Source: Vicinamibacteria bacterium
Lineage (GTDB): Bacteria > Acidobacteriota > Vicinamibacteria > Marinacidobacterales > Marinacidobacteraceae
Length of the DNA stretch: 64,000 bases
NCBI GenBank assembly: GCA_963668695.2
Contig: CAXXLQ010000004.1
Span: 2,720,001-2,784,000, forward strand
Direction: 5' to 3'
The notes beneath the pieces were generated by a model. The model saw only the letters and a list, made by a program, of their open reading frames with translations, was not told the DNA's origin and ran no database searches. The position numbers and the translations under genes were made by a program. Positions 8,746 through 18,851 of the stretch are shown in pieces (position 1 is the first letter of the stretch; the number at the start of each line of letters is the position of its first letter).

Positions 8746-10688
8746 GGGTCTTCCGCCTCTTCCTGCTGTTTCCCGTCGCCCTCGCGGCATGCGGGTCGGA
8801 CCCCGGGGAGGCTCCCGATGCGGCCCGGAGCGTCGCGCCTCCCTACGAGGCGGTGCAGGTCGAAGAGAACCTCATGCTCCCGATGCGCGACGGCGTGCGG
8901 CTCGCTACCGACGTCTATCGCCCCGGTCGCGACGGCGAGCCGGTGGACGAGTCGTTCCCGGTGCTGCTCCACCGCACTCCGTACAACAAGGCCGGCGAAC
9001 GCCTCGCCGAGCAGGCGCGCTGGTTCGCCTACCACGGCTACGTGGTGGTGGTGCAGGACATGCGGGGCCTCTACTTCTCCGAGGGCGTCTTCCAGAAGTA
9101 CCACGAATTCGACGCCCCCGACGGGTTCGACACCATCGAGTGGGTCGTCGGCCTCGACTACACCCTGCCGTCGGTGGGCATGTGGGGCACCTCCTATGGG
9201 GCCCACACCCAGGCCGACGCGGCAAAGCTGAGTCCCCCCGGCCTCGACACCCTGGTGCTGACGATGGGCGGCCTTTCGGACGGCTGGACGCACAAGGTGC
9301 GCAACCACGGCGCCTTCGAGCTGGGCCAGCAGCTCGGCTGGGCGCACAGCCAGCTCGCCGCGGTGACCGACGAGCCGAGCATCCGGGCGCGGCTCGAGCA
9401 GGAGGGTCCGGCCGACTGGTTTCCCGCCACCCCATTCCAGAAAGGTGAGAACCCGCTGTCCGCCGCCCCCAATTTCGAGGACTACTACCTCGAGATGCAA
9501 AACCACGGTGACTACGACGACTACTTCCGGGGCATCGGCCGCAACTGGGCCGAGTACTACGAGCAGAGTTCGGACATCCCCATGCTGCACGTCGGCGGCT
9601 GGTACGACTCCTACGCTCCGGGCACCATCCAGAGCTTTCTCGAGCTGTCCCGCGTCAAGTCCTCTCCCATGATGCTCGTCATGGGACCGTGGACCCACGC
9701 CGGCAACAACCGGTCCACCGCCGGCGACATCGAGTTCGGGGAGGCCGCCGCCATCGAAGACTTCGCCCGCGACTTCCATCTGCGCTGGTTCGACGCGCGC
9801 CTGAAGGGGCAGGGGACCTTCGCGCCGTTCGGGGACGAACGGATTGAGGGGGAGTCAACCGGCCCGGTGACCCTCTTCGTGATGGGCGGGGGCGACGGCC
9901 GCCGGGACGAAAACGGCCGCCTGTTCCACGGCGGCGAGTGGCGGACGGCTGCCTCCTGGCCCCTCGAGGGGACCGAGATGACTCCCTTCCACCTGCGTGC
10001 CGGGGGCGGGTTGACCCCCGAGTCACCGGAGGAGGACGAAGGTTCCTCGCCGTACACCTACGATCCGGAGCACCCGGTCCCCACGATCGGCGGCGCCTTC
10101 TCGGGCGCTCTCAAGCGGGGCGGTTACGACCAGCGGGAACGGACGTTCCAGTCGCTTTCCGGAGGATCCGAGAACGGATTCTTCGGTTCCGAGGTGGACG
10201 ACCGCCGGACGGCCGACCGGGAAGACGTCGTCGTCTTCGAGACGGAACCGCTGGAGGAAGACCTGGAAGTCGTCGGGCCGGTATCGGCGCGGCTCTGGGT
10301 CTCATCGAGCGCACCCGATACCGACTTCACCGCGAAGCTGGTGGACGTGTATCCCGCGAGCGACGACTATCCGGAAGGCTTCGATCTCAACATCACCGAC
10401 GGCATCCTGCGGGCTCGCTACCGGGACTCGCGGGAGCTTGAGTCGCCGATGAATCCCGGGGAAATCTACGAACTGGAGGTCACCCTCTTTCCTACCGCCA
10501 ACCGGTTCCAGGCCGGCCACCGGATCCGTCTGGAGATCTCCAGCTCGAACTTCCCGCGCTTCGATCCGAACCCCAACACCGGCGAACCCCTCGGGCGTCA
10601 TACCCGCATGGTCCCGGCGGACAACGTGATCCATCACTCCGCGGATCGCCCCTCGGCACTGATCCTTCCGGTCCAGCCGGCCCGGTAG
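8742..10688 (+). CDS. CocE/NonD family hydrolase (probable lipoprotein)
   Basis: PMRDGVRLATDVY, RTPY, GTSYGA, GGWYD, GPWTH, SSSNFPRFDPN; LAAC lipobox. Confidence 0.92.
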   Translation: MRVFRLFLLFPVALAACGSDPGEAPDAARSVAPPYEAVQVEENLMLPMRDGVRLATDVYRPGRDGEPVDESFPVLLHRTPYNKAGERLAEQARWFAYHGYVVVVQDMRGLYFSEGVFQKYHEFDAPDGFDTIEWVVGLDYTLPSVGMWGTSYGAHTQADAAKLSPPGLDTLVLTMGGLSDGWTHKVRNHGAFELGQQLGWAHSQLAAVTDEPSIRARLEQEGPADWFPATPFQKGENPLSAAPNFEDYYLEMQNHGDYDDYFRGIGRNWAEYYEQSSDIPMLHVGGWYDSYAPGTIQSFLELSRVKSSPMMLVMGPWTHAGNNRSTAGDIEFGEAAAIEDFARDFHLRWFDARLKGQGTFAPFGDERIEGESTGPVTLFVMGGGDGRRDENGRLFHGGEWRTAASWPLEGTEMTPFHLRAGGGLTPESPEEDEGSSPYTYDPEHPVPTIGGAFSGALKRGGYDQRERTFQSLSGGSENGFFGSEVDDRRTADREDVVVFETEPLEEDLEVVGPVSARLWVSSSAPDTDFTAKLVDVYPASDDYPEGFDLNITDGILRARYRDSRELESPMNPGEIYELEVTLFPTANRFQAGHRIRLEISSSNFPRFDPNPNTGEPLGRHTRMVPADNVIHHSADRPSALILPVQPAR

Positions 10689-10707
10689 GCGGCCGGCCGG
10701 CGGCGGC

Positions 10708-12162
10708 TCAGTTCGCGGATCGGCGGAGGACGAGAGATCCGACCACCGCGACGGTTGCGTTCAGGAAAGCACCCAACAGGCCGGCGTGGATGCCGGCGAC
10801 CTTCCCGTAGCCGGCGAGCGTGAGCCCGGCGGCGAGGAGCGTGCCGCAGACGACGCCGGCGAGCGCCGCGCGGGCCGAGAGCCGCGGCCAGGTCAACCCC
10901 AGCACGAAGACGGGCGCCGCCTGCACCAGCAGTTCCATCTTGAGTTCCAGAAGTCCCCAAAGGCTGATCCGCGGGGTGAGGGCGATCGCCACCAGCACCC
11001 CCATGATGGCGAGCGAAAAGCCCTTCCCGATGCGGGTGATGCGGGCTTCTTCCACCGCGGCGCCGGCGCGGCGGCCCAGCACCGGGGCCACGAAGTCCTT
11101 GGCCAGCATCGAGGAAAGCGTCAGCAGCACCGAGTCGGCGGTGGACATGATGGCCGCGACGACTCCCACCACGGTCACGATGCACATCCAGAACATCCAC
11201 TCGGACTCGGCCGCCCAGCCGCGAAGGAGCGCCGGGAGCACCTGATCGGCCGCGATCCCCGTCAGCCCGCTGAGCCGCGGGAGCGCCAGGATGCCGACCA
11301 GGAAGACCGGCAGAGTGGTGAGGAAGGGGAGGAACGCCAGGACCGAGAGCGCCTTCCGGAGCGAGGTGCTGCTCCGGGCGGCGAAGATCCGCTGGATCGC
11401 CTGGGGATACACGGCGCCCGAAAAACCGATCAGCAGGATGGTGCTCGCCCAGGTGGCCTGCGTGGTGGCGTCGGGACGGAAGCCCTTCGCGGGCTGGTTC
11501 TCGAGAACCCAGGCGGTGGCCTCCCCGATGCCCTCGCCGGAGAACATGGTGGCGGCGAGCAGGCCGAAGAGCCCGATCGCGAGCAGGATTCCCTGCAGAC
11601 AATCGGTCCACGCGACCGCCCGGAGTCCGCCCAGGAGTTCGTAGCCGAGGATCGCGGCGGTGAGCACCAGGACCCCGGCCGCGTAGGGGATCGCCCCGTC
11701 GGAAAGGCCCGCGACCACGTGCCCCATCGCCATGAGCTGGGCGAGCAGGTAGTTGGCGATGGCCACCGCCATCAGCAGGTTCGTGACCCGGGTCAGCGCC
11801 GGATTCCCGAACCGCTGGTCGAGCCAGTCCGCCGGGGTCACGAACCGGTGGCGCTCGGAAGCGGCGCGGAGCCGGGGCGCGACCACCAGATAGACGACCA
11901 CGATGGCCAGCATGAAGCCGACGCTCATCACCCACGGGAACCCCACCCGATACGCCTCTCCGGGATAGCCAACCAGGGTGTTCCCGCTGTACTGGGTGGC
12001 GTAGAGCGTGAAGAGGAGCACCACGCCGCCGAGCCCGCGTCCGGCAAGATAGAAATCGGCGAGCGATTCCGAGGCGCGGGCGGCGCGCGCCCGGATGCCG
12101 AGGAAGGCCAGCACCGCGATGTAGACGGCGAGAGCGGCGACCACCGCTGGTCCGAAACCCAC
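10708..12162 (-). CDS. Sodium:solute symporter (PanF/PutP-like)
   Basis: DFYLAGRG, GGLRAVAWTD, AAIMSTADS; many TM helices. Confidence 0.9.
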   Translation of the reverse strand: MGFGPAVVAALAVYIAVLAFLGIRARAARASESLADFYLAGRGLGGVVLLFTLYATQYSGNTLVGYPGEAYRVGFPWVMSVGFMLAIVVVYLVVAPRLRAASERHRFVTPADWLDQRFGNPALTRVTNLLMAVAIANYLLAQLMAMGHVVAGLSDGAIPYAAGVLVLTAAILGYELLGGLRAVAWTDCLQGILLAIGLFGLLAATMFSGEGIGEATAWVLENQPAKGFRPDATTQATWASTILLIGFSGAVYPQAIQRIFAARSSTSLRKALSVLAFLPFLTTLPVFLVGILALPRLSGLTGIAADQVLPALLRGWAAESEWMFWMCIVTVVGVVAAIMSTADSVLLTLSSMLAKDFVAPVLGRRAGAAVEEARITRIGKGFSLAIMGVLVAIALTPRISLWGLLELKMELLVQAAPVFVLGLTWPRLSARAALAGVVCGTLLAAGLTLAGYGKVAGIHAGLLGAFLNATVAVVGSLVLRRSAN

Positions 12163-12165
12163 GGA

Positions 12166-12405
12166 TCAGTTCTCCCGGTGGTCCTCGTGGCCGTCCTCGT
12201 GGCCGTCCCAGAGCCGGAGCGCCGCGTACGACACGAGGCAGCTCACGCCGAAGGTGCAGAGGAGGGAAACCACCGCCCAGGAAGGGAGCCCGAGAACGAT
12301 GGAGGGCCTCCCGTCCCCGAACCACCAGGGAATCGAAAACGCGTAGAGCGCGCCGATCGCCGCGAAGAGCCACGGGTGGCGGAGCGGATCGCGCCGGAGC
12401 TTCAT
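12166..12405 (-). CDS. Small 2-TM partner protein of the SSS transporter
   Basis: Two hydrophobic helices with PWW...LGLPSW, directly upstream of the symporter. Confidence 0.7.
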   Translation of the reverse strand: MKLRRDPLRHPWLFAAIGALYAFSIPWWFGDGRPSIVLGLPSWAVVSLLCTFGVSCLVSYAALRLWDGHEDGHEDHREN

Positions 12406-12521
12406 GGATGGCGACGATATGGCAGTTTGGGCTTCGGGAAAACGGCGACGGGAAAACGCCGTGACCGCAGAGGCGCCACCCGCCAGATCGGCGGGCTACG
12501 CCTCCGGGTTGCGAGTCGGTG

Positions 12522-12944
12522 TCAGCGCGCTCCCAAGCGCTCGAGCAAGGCCGCCGGAGTGAGGATCGGGACGGCGGGAAGACCGGTCACCTCCAAGAGG
12601 TCCAGATCACCGGTTGCCAACGCGTCCGCTTCGCCCAGCAGTGCCGTCTCGGTGAGTTTGTCGTCATCCGGGTCGCGGCATCCCAGTCTGGCGCCCGTGA
12701 TCCAGACCCATTCCGACACCGCGCGGAGGCGGGCCCGATAGACGGCGCTGGTCCTCCGGCTGGCGTAAGGATCGAACTTGGCCTTCATGACACGTGTCTG
12801 ACGTTCATCGAACGTCTGATCGGAGAACAACAAGAGGCCGCCCGCGCGTCCCACTGCCTCCAGGGCCTCACGGGGCGCGTCCGCCGGCCAGAAGGCAGCG
12901 CTGATCAGTACATTCGTGTCCAGGACAACCCGCTCAGCTCTCAT
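12522..12944 (-). CDS. PIN-domain toxin
   Basis: RVVLDTNVLISA, CRDPDDDK, TGDLDLL. Confidence 0.88.
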   Translation of the reverse strand: MRAERVVLDTNVLISAAFWPADAPREALEAVGRAGGLLLFSDQTFDERQTRVMKAKFDPYASRRTSAVYRARLRAVSEWVWITGARLGCRDPDDDKLTETALLGEADALATGDLDLLEVTGLPAVPILTPAALLERLGAR

Positions 12945-13185
12945 CCGCGAGGAGTGTGCCGAGAGCCGACGCGGTCAGCCCCTTGGCAGAGGCTTCCGCG
13001 CCGAGGGCATCCATCGTCGCCGTAAGACGTTCCCAGGCAGCGCCGCGGAGACGTTCGTGCTGCTCCACCGACATCACCACGCTCACACCGCGACCCTTCC
13101 GGGTGAGGAGCACGGGAGCTGTCTGGGAGGCGTCAAGCAGATGACCGAAGCGGTTTCTGGCGTCCCGGGCCGGGATCTCTCTCAT
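12934..13185 (-). CDS. Phd/YefM-family antitoxin
   Basis: MREIPARDARNRFGHLLD..PVLLTRKGR..VVMS; overlaps the PIN gene start. Confidence 0.85.
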   Translation of the reverse strand: MREIPARDARNRFGHLLDASQTAPVLLTRKGRGVSVVMSVEQHERLRGAAWERLTATMDALGAEASAKGLTASALGTLLADES

Positions 13186-13199
13186 GGGAGCCATTATGG

Positions 13200-13386
13200 C
13201 TAACAGCCTGTGGTGGAACTCGCGTGAGCGCCGAGAGCGGTGAGGCGCCCGGCTGACAAGGCGCGTGAGGGAGGAATACCGGGTGTATTTCGACCGAAAC
13301 GCAACGCAGAGCGCCGCAAAGCGGCGCGGTTCAGGCGGGATGGATCGCCGCTCGAACGCCGCGTGGGTTTCACCACAGGCTGTTAA
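13200..13386 (-). mobile_element. MITE family A, basic 183-bp unit
   Basis: CTAA-CAGCCTGTGGTG...CACCACAGGCTG-TTAA terminal inverted repeats; matches other copies in the window. Confidence 0.85.
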
Positions 13387-13561
13387 CAGAGCCACTCCTG
13401 ATTGAAGGTCCTCCGGTCAGCACCTGAGCCAGGTGGAGTACCGGTTACGGCCGGCCCGGTTCGACGGGCGGAGGCTCGCCGGCCGCAGGTCAGCATCCGG
13501 TCCCATCTCGGGCGCGCCGCTGGACCCGGAACGCGGGATACTTTTCCGCCGAGGTATTCCC

Positions 13562-14778
13562 ATGACTGTCCGTCTGCTTGCTCTTTGCGCGCTTGCCGCG
13601 ATGTTTGCCCGCCCGCCACCGCTCAGGAGCCCGACCTGGCAATCGTCGGCGGTTCGGTGCTGGATGTGCGCGCCGGGACCATGTCCCGCGCCAACGTCCT
13701 GATCGGGGACGGGCGGATCCTGTCGGTGGGGCCGGAAGCTCCACCGGCGGGGATCGAGACGCTGGACGTCACCGGGAAGTTCGTGCTGCCCGGGTTCATC
13801 GACGCCCATACCCACGCCGACCAGCTCTCCCAGGTTCGGCGGGCGCTGGAATCGGGCGTCACCACCCTCCGGAGCGCGAGCGTCGGCTCCTACCGGGATG
13901 TGGCCATCGGGCGGATGGTCGCGGCCGGCCACCTCGCGGGCCCCGACTATGTGGGCTCGGGCATCTTCGTCACCACGAACATCGGGGACGCCCGGCTCGC
14001 TTCCGAGAGCCTGTTCGGGATTTCCGACGAAATCGGCAGCGAAGCCGACTTGAGGATGCTCGTGCGGGTGAACGCCGAGAACGGGGTCCGGGCGATCAAG
14101 ACCCGGGCTACCGAGCGGGCCGGGCTCCCCAACACCGATCCGAGGAAGCAGGTGTACTCCGAAGCGCAGCTTCGGGCGGTCGTCGAGGAGGCCACCGCCC
14201 TCGGCATTCCCGTGCTCTGCCACGCCCATGGCGACGAGGGCGCGCGCGCCGCGGTGCTCGCCGGGGTGGCGAGCATCGAGCACGGAACCTTCCTCACCCG
14301 GGAGACGCTCGAGCTCATGAAGGAACGCGGTACCGTGCTCGTCCCCACCTACACCACCCTCATCGACCTCGACGAGCCGGGCGGGGACTACGAGCACCCG
14401 GTCCTGACGCTGCGCGCCGACTTCATGTTGCCCCGGATGGAGCGGACGATGCGGATGGCCCAGGAGATCGGAGTCCGGCTGATCGCCGGCGGCGACACCA
14501 GCTACGGCCCCGAGAGCGTCAGCCGGATCGGCGTCGAGGTGGCGAACTTCGTGAAGGTCGGTCTACCCCCCATGGAAGCCATCCGGGGCGCCACCCTCTA
14601 CAGCGCCGAACTGCTCGGAATTGCCGAGGACACGGGGGCGATCGAGCCGGGGAAGGAAGCGGACCTGATCGTGGTGGTGGAGGATCCGCTCGAGCACATC
14701 GCGGCGATCCAGGACGTGGTGGCGGTGGTGTCGAACGGCCGCTTGGCGGTGAACCGGCTGCCGTTCGGAGTCCAGTAG
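13562..14778 (+). CDS. Amidohydrolase family protein (Xaa-Pro dipeptidase-like), signal peptide out of frame near 13610
   Basis: PGFIDAHTH, CHAHG, SIEHGT, GGD, GKEADLI; RBS GAGGT and MTVRLLALCALAAMFA lie in a different frame from ATAQEPDL. Confidence 0.85.
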
Positions 14779-14789
14779 CCGCGGGCCCG

Positions 14790-14976
14790 GCGGCGCCGGT
14801 TTCAACTACCCCGAGTCTGCGGTTCTGATCGAGGAACCGGAGCGCGCCGGCGCCTCGGTGGCGATCACCGCGGCCGCCCAGGTGTTGCGCGCGGCAAACC
14901 AACACCTACGAGCAGGGGACCGCGAGCAGGGGACCGAAGGACACCAGGCGACGGTACGCGCTCCCCTGGCTTCCGG
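14790..14976 (+). pseudogene. Degenerate duplicate of an internal fragment of the downstream acyl-CoA dehydrogenase
   Basis: GGCGCCGGTTTCAACTA...ATCGAGGAA...CGGTGGCGATCACCG...CTGGCTTCCGG aligns with about 17650-17823. Confidence 0.75.
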
Positions 14977-14984
14977 GCCCCCAC

Positions 14985-15572
14985 TCAGTCCTTCCGGTAC
15001 GCCCTCTCGATCCGCACCGGCGGCGTCAACTGCTGAGCTTCATACGGCGCCAGGTGAATCGCCCGCACCACCTCCATCCCCTCGACCACTCTGCCGAACG
15101 CGGCAAAACCCTGCCCGTCAGGGTTCCGCATGCCTCCGAAATCGAGCGACGGCTGATCGCCGATGCAGATGAAGAAGCTGTCCGTGGCCGTGTCCGGGCC
15201 GGTACGCCCCATCGAGACCGCGCTGTCAACATGCAGGATCCCCGTATCGGTGGTCCGCTCCAGCGCGATCGCCGGGAAGGCGTCCGCCGCCGTCTCGGGA
15301 TTTCGGCCGCCCTGGATGACCGCGATCCGGATGGAGTCGTTGGGCTGGTTTTGTGCGTGCACGGTGCGGAAGAAGGTGCCACCGTCGTAGTGCCCACCGT
15401 CCACGTAGCGGAGGAAGTTGTGGGCGGTCACGGGGGCCCGGTCGATATCGACCTCCAGTTCGAAGGCGCCCATTTCGGTTTCGATGACGACCCGCACGGG
15501 ATCGTCGGGTGCTGGTGGGGCGAGCGCGAAGCCGCCGGTCACGAACGCCAGTAGGGGCAGGAGAGCGATCAT
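14985..15572 (-). CDS. Cyclophilin-type peptidyl-prolyl isomerase, secreted
   Basis: APVTAHNFLRYVD, FFR, IQGG, SMGR, FFIC, FAAFGRVVEGM. Confidence 0.9.
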   Translation of the reverse strand: MIALLPLLAFVTGGFALAPPAPDDPVRVVIETEMGAFELEVDIDRAPVTAHNFLRYVDGGHYDGGTFFRTVHAQNQPNDSIRIAVIQGGRNPETAADAFPAIALERTTDTGILHVDSAVSMGRTGPDTATDSFFICIGDQPSLDFGGMRNPDGQGFAAFGRVVEGMEVVRAIHLAPYEAQQLTPPVRIERAYRKD

Positions 15573-15726
15573 CGTCCGTCGAGGTGCGGCGTGAAGGGGT
15601 CTGCGCCGAGGTGTTCCGCAGTATGTCAGACCTCCGCGCTCTGTCCCCTTCCTTTGCCGGCGTGATCGGCATGCTGCGGTTCGAAGTCCAGTAGCCCCGG
15701 GCCCGGCATGAGCGTCGGGCTCCTGG

Positions 15727-15779
15727 AATGACCGATCGATCGGTCGGTTGATACTAATATGACTTGTTCATCGGTCATT
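15727..15779. promoter_or_regulatory. Two palindromic operator-like sites in the hipBA promoter
   Basis: ATGACCGATCGATCGGTC and ATGACTTGTTCATCGGTCAT flank TTGATA; outer AATGACCGAT/ATCGGTCATT inverted repeat. Confidence 0.6.
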
Positions 15780-15789
15780 TCATAGCATC

Positions 15790-16125
15790 ATGTCGATCTC
15801 GCCACCCATCAATTCCCGCCTCTCCCGGCAAGCTCTCGGTCTGCTGGGCAAGCGGATCCAACTCGCCCGCAAGGGACGGCGGATGTCCGAGAAGGATTTG
15901 GCGGCTCGTATCGGCATCGCCCGGAGCACCTTGCAGCGGATCGAGAGGGGTGACCCCGCGGTCGCCATCGGCCGAGTGTTTGAAGCGGCGGTCATCACCG
16001 GGGTGGATCTGTTCGTCCCGGAAGCGACCTCGCTGGCGCCCGAGATTCGGCGGACCGAGGAGCGGCTCGCCCTGATGCCGGGCTCGGTGCGCAGAACCCG
16101 GCGCGAGGTGGACGATGACTTCTGA
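15790..16125 (+). CDS. XRE-family HTH antitoxin (HipB-like)
   Basis: IQLARK..MSEKDLAARIGIARSTLQRIERGDP; coupled to HipA. Confidence 0.88.
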   Translation: MSISPPINSRLSRQALGLLGKRIQLARKGRRMSEKDLAARIGIARSTLQRIERGDPAVAIGRVFEAAVITGVDLFVPEATSLAPEIRRTEERLALMPGSVRRTRREVDDDF

Positions 16126-17461
16126 CGGCTCGTCGCCCCGCGAAGCCTTCGTGTGGATTTGGCTGCCCGGGCGGACGGCGCCGGTAGTGGCTGGACGCCT
16201 CCAGGCGGAAGCCGAGCGGTTGGTCTTCACCTACGGACGCTCCTATCTCGCACGGGATGACGCGATTCCTGTCCATTTGCCAGAACTACCGCTTCGGAGG
16301 GGCATCATCGAGCCCGAGCCGCCGCTTCCGGTCGCAAACGCCCTGCGCGACGCGTCGCCCGACGCCTGGGGGCGGCGGGTGATCGCCTATCGGCTCTCAA
16401 GCCGCTCCGACAACTCGGCCGATGCCGACGTGGATGAACTGACGTTCATGCTGGAGTCAGGGTCGAACCGGAGCGGCGCTCTCGACTTCCAGGCATCCCC
16501 CAAGTACTACGTTCCTCGAGAGACTCCGACCGCCACCGTCGATGACCTCCTGACGGCCGCGGAGTGCCTGGAGCGGGGTGAGTCAATCCCGTCCGAGTTG
16601 GCGGAACCGCTCCAACATGGCTCGTCCATCGGGGGCGCGCGGCCAAAGGCGGTCCTGAAACAAGGTGACCAGCAACTGGTTGCCAAGTTCTCCTCTTCGA
16701 ACGACACCTTCAATGTGGTCAAGGCCGAGTTCATCGCCATGCGCCTGGCGCATCTGGCCGGGCTCGAAGCTGCTCCGGTCTTGCTCGTGCAGGCGATGGG
16801 CCGGGATGTGCTCCTCGTTCGGCGTTTCGACCGCGAGCTCACGGAGCGAGGCTGGACACGGCGCGCCATGGTTTCCGGCCTGACCCTGCTGGGTCTTGGC
16901 GAGCGGTTCGCTGCCCACGCCTCTTACGAGGATCTGGCCGATATTGTCCGGGCGCGCTTCACGGCGCCCCTTCCGACTCTGCGGGAACTCTTCGCCCGGA
17001 TGACCTTCAACATTCTCGTGGGGAACACGGACGACCACGCGCGAAACCACGCAGCCTTCTGGGACGGCGCTTGGCACACGCTGACTCCGGCCTACGACAT
17101 CTGCCCGCAGTCGAGAACGGGACGGGAGGCGTCGCAAGCCATGCAGATTCACGGCAGCGGGCGGAGGAGCCAGCTCTCGCTGTGTCTGGCGGCCGCCCCG
17201 AGATTCCGGCTGGCAGGCGAGGAGGCCCTCGCGATCATGAAACGCCAGATCACGACGATACGCGAGCGCTGGGACCAAGTCTCTGCGGAGGCCCGGCTCG
17301 GTCCCGCTGACCGGCGACTCCTCTGGCGCCGTCAGTTCCTGAACGAGCTGGCGTTCGAGGGGCTGGAGGATCGGCTGGGTGATGTCGTCCGGGACCTGTT
17401 GGACCGGGTGCGCCCAGAAGCAGTTTCGGCACCTGCTGCAAGTAGAATTCGGACGTCTTGA
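16115..17461 (+). CDS. hipA: HipA-family kinase toxin
   Basis: [44 protein letters not shown]. Confidence 0.92.
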   Translation: MTSDGSSPREAFVWIWLPGRTAPVVAGRLQAEAERLVFTYGRSYLARDDAIPVHLPELPLRRGIIEPEPPLPVANALRDASPDAWGRRVIAYRLSSRSDNSADADVDELTFMLESGSNRSGALDFQASPKYYVPRETPTATVDDLLTAAECLERGESIPSELAEPLQHGSSIGGARPKAVLKQGDQQLVAKFSSSNDTFNVVKAEFIAMRLAHLAGLEAAPVLLVQAMGRDVLLVRRFDRELTERGWTRRAMVSGLTLLGLGERFAAHASYEDLADIVRARFTAPLPTLRELFARMTFNILVGNTDDHARNHAAFWDGAWHTLTPAYDICPQSRTGREASQAMQIHGSGRRSQLSLCLAAAPRFRLAGEEALAIMKRQITTIRERWDQVSAEARLGPADRRLLWRRQFLNELAFEGLEDRLGDVVRDLLDRVRPEAVSAPAASRIRTS

Positions 17462-18624
17462 CACCGCCGTCCATTCCCATCCGGGATACCGAAACCCAGG
17501 CTGAAATCCGACGGGCCGTCCGGGAGTTCGCGGCCACCGAGATCCTTCCCCACGCCTCGCGCTGGGACGACGAGGAGTCCTTCCCGGGGGAAACGGTTCG
17601 GAAGCTGGGCGAGCTCGGTTTTCTGGGCCCCATCTTTCCGGAGGAGTACGGCGGCGCCGGTTTCAACTATGGCGAGTACGCGGTACTCATCGAGGAATTG
17701 GCCCGCGCCGACGCTTCGGTGGCGATCACCGTGGCGGCCCACGTTTCGCTCGCCGCGAACCACATCTACGAACAGGGAACCGAGGAGCAGAAGGCGAAAT
17801 ACCTCACTCCGCTGGCTTCCGGCGAAGCGCTCGGTGCGTGGAGCCTGACCGAGCCGGGCGCCGGAAGCGACGCGGGCGGAACCCGCGCTACCGCAGTCCG
17901 CGACGAGAACGGGTGGGTCCTGAACGGGAGCAAGACGTTCACCACGAACGGTTCGCAGGCGGACATCGCGATCTGCATGGCTTCCACGGATCTGGCCCTC
18001 CGCACCGGCGGGATTTCGGCCTTCATCGTCGAGCGGGGGACTCCGGGTTTCCGCTCGGGAAGAAAGGAAAGGAAGCTTGGGCACCGGGCATCGGACACCT
18101 CCGAAATGGTCTTCGAGGACTGCCGGGTACCGGCCGAGAACCTGCTCGGACCGGTGGGGGCCGGCTTCAAGGGCGCGATGAAGGTGCTCGACGGTGGCCG
18201 GATCAGCATCGCGGCGCTCTCCCTCGGCATCGCCCGCGCCGCCTTCGAGTGCGCGGCCGCCTACGCGCAGGAGCGCCGTCAGTTCGACCGGCGGATCAGC
18301 GACTTCCAGGGAGTGCGGTTCCCGCTCGCGGATTCCAAACTGGAGATCGATGCGTCACATCTCCTCATCCAGCGCGCCGCCGCCCTCAAGGACTCCGGAG
18401 TCACGACGACCTCCGAATCGGCGATGGCCAAGCTCTTCGCGAGCGAGACGGCGGTCCGGGTGACGAACCGCGCGGTCCAGGTGCTCGGGGGTTACGGATA
18501 CACCCGGGAGTATCCGGCCGAGCGCTACCTTCGGGATGCGAAGCTCATGACCATCGGGGAGGGAACCTCGGAGATCCAGCGGCTGATCATCGCCCGGCCC
18601 ATTCTCGGGCGGATCGGCGGTTGA
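17458..18624 (+). CDS. Acyl-CoA dehydrogenase
   Basis: [47 protein letters not shown]. Confidence 0.93.
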   Translation: MTPPSIPIRDTETQAEIRRAVREFAATEILPHASRWDDEESFPGETVRKLGELGFLGPIFPEEYGGAGFNYGEYAVLIEELARADASVAITVAAHVSLAANHIYEQGTEEQKAKYLTPLASGEALGAWSLTEPGAGSDAGGTRATAVRDENGWVLNGSKTFTTNGSQADIAICMASTDLALRTGGISAFIVERGTPGFRSGRKERKLGHRASDTSEMVFEDCRVPAENLLGPVGAGFKGAMKVLDGGRISIAALSLGIARAAFECAAAYAQERRQFDRRISDFQGVRFPLADSKLEIDASHLLIQRAAALKDSGVTTTSESAMAKLFASETAVRVTNRAVQVLGGYGYTREYPAERYLRDAKLMTIGEGTSEIQRLIIARPILGRIGG

Positions 18625-18633
18625 TCACCCGCA

Positions 18634-18838
18634 TCAGCAGCCGGTGGTGAAACCCATGCGGCGTTCGGCCGGCGATCCATCCCGGCTGAACCGCGTCGCT
18701 TCGCGCCGCTCATCGTTGCGTTTCGGTCGAAATACACCCGGGCCAGTTCTCCCGGTGGGGGCTCCTCCCTCACGCGCCTTGTCAGCCGGGCGCCTCGCCG
18801 GCCTCGGCGCTCACCCGGGTTCCACGACAGGCTGCTAG
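18634..18838 (+). mobile_element. MITE family A with one 20-nt micro-insert (201-bp unit)
   Basis: TCAG-CAGCCGGTGG...CCACGACAGGCTG-CTAG; 183+18 bp. Confidence 0.85.
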
Positions 18839-18851
18839 CGGGGAGCGCGCC

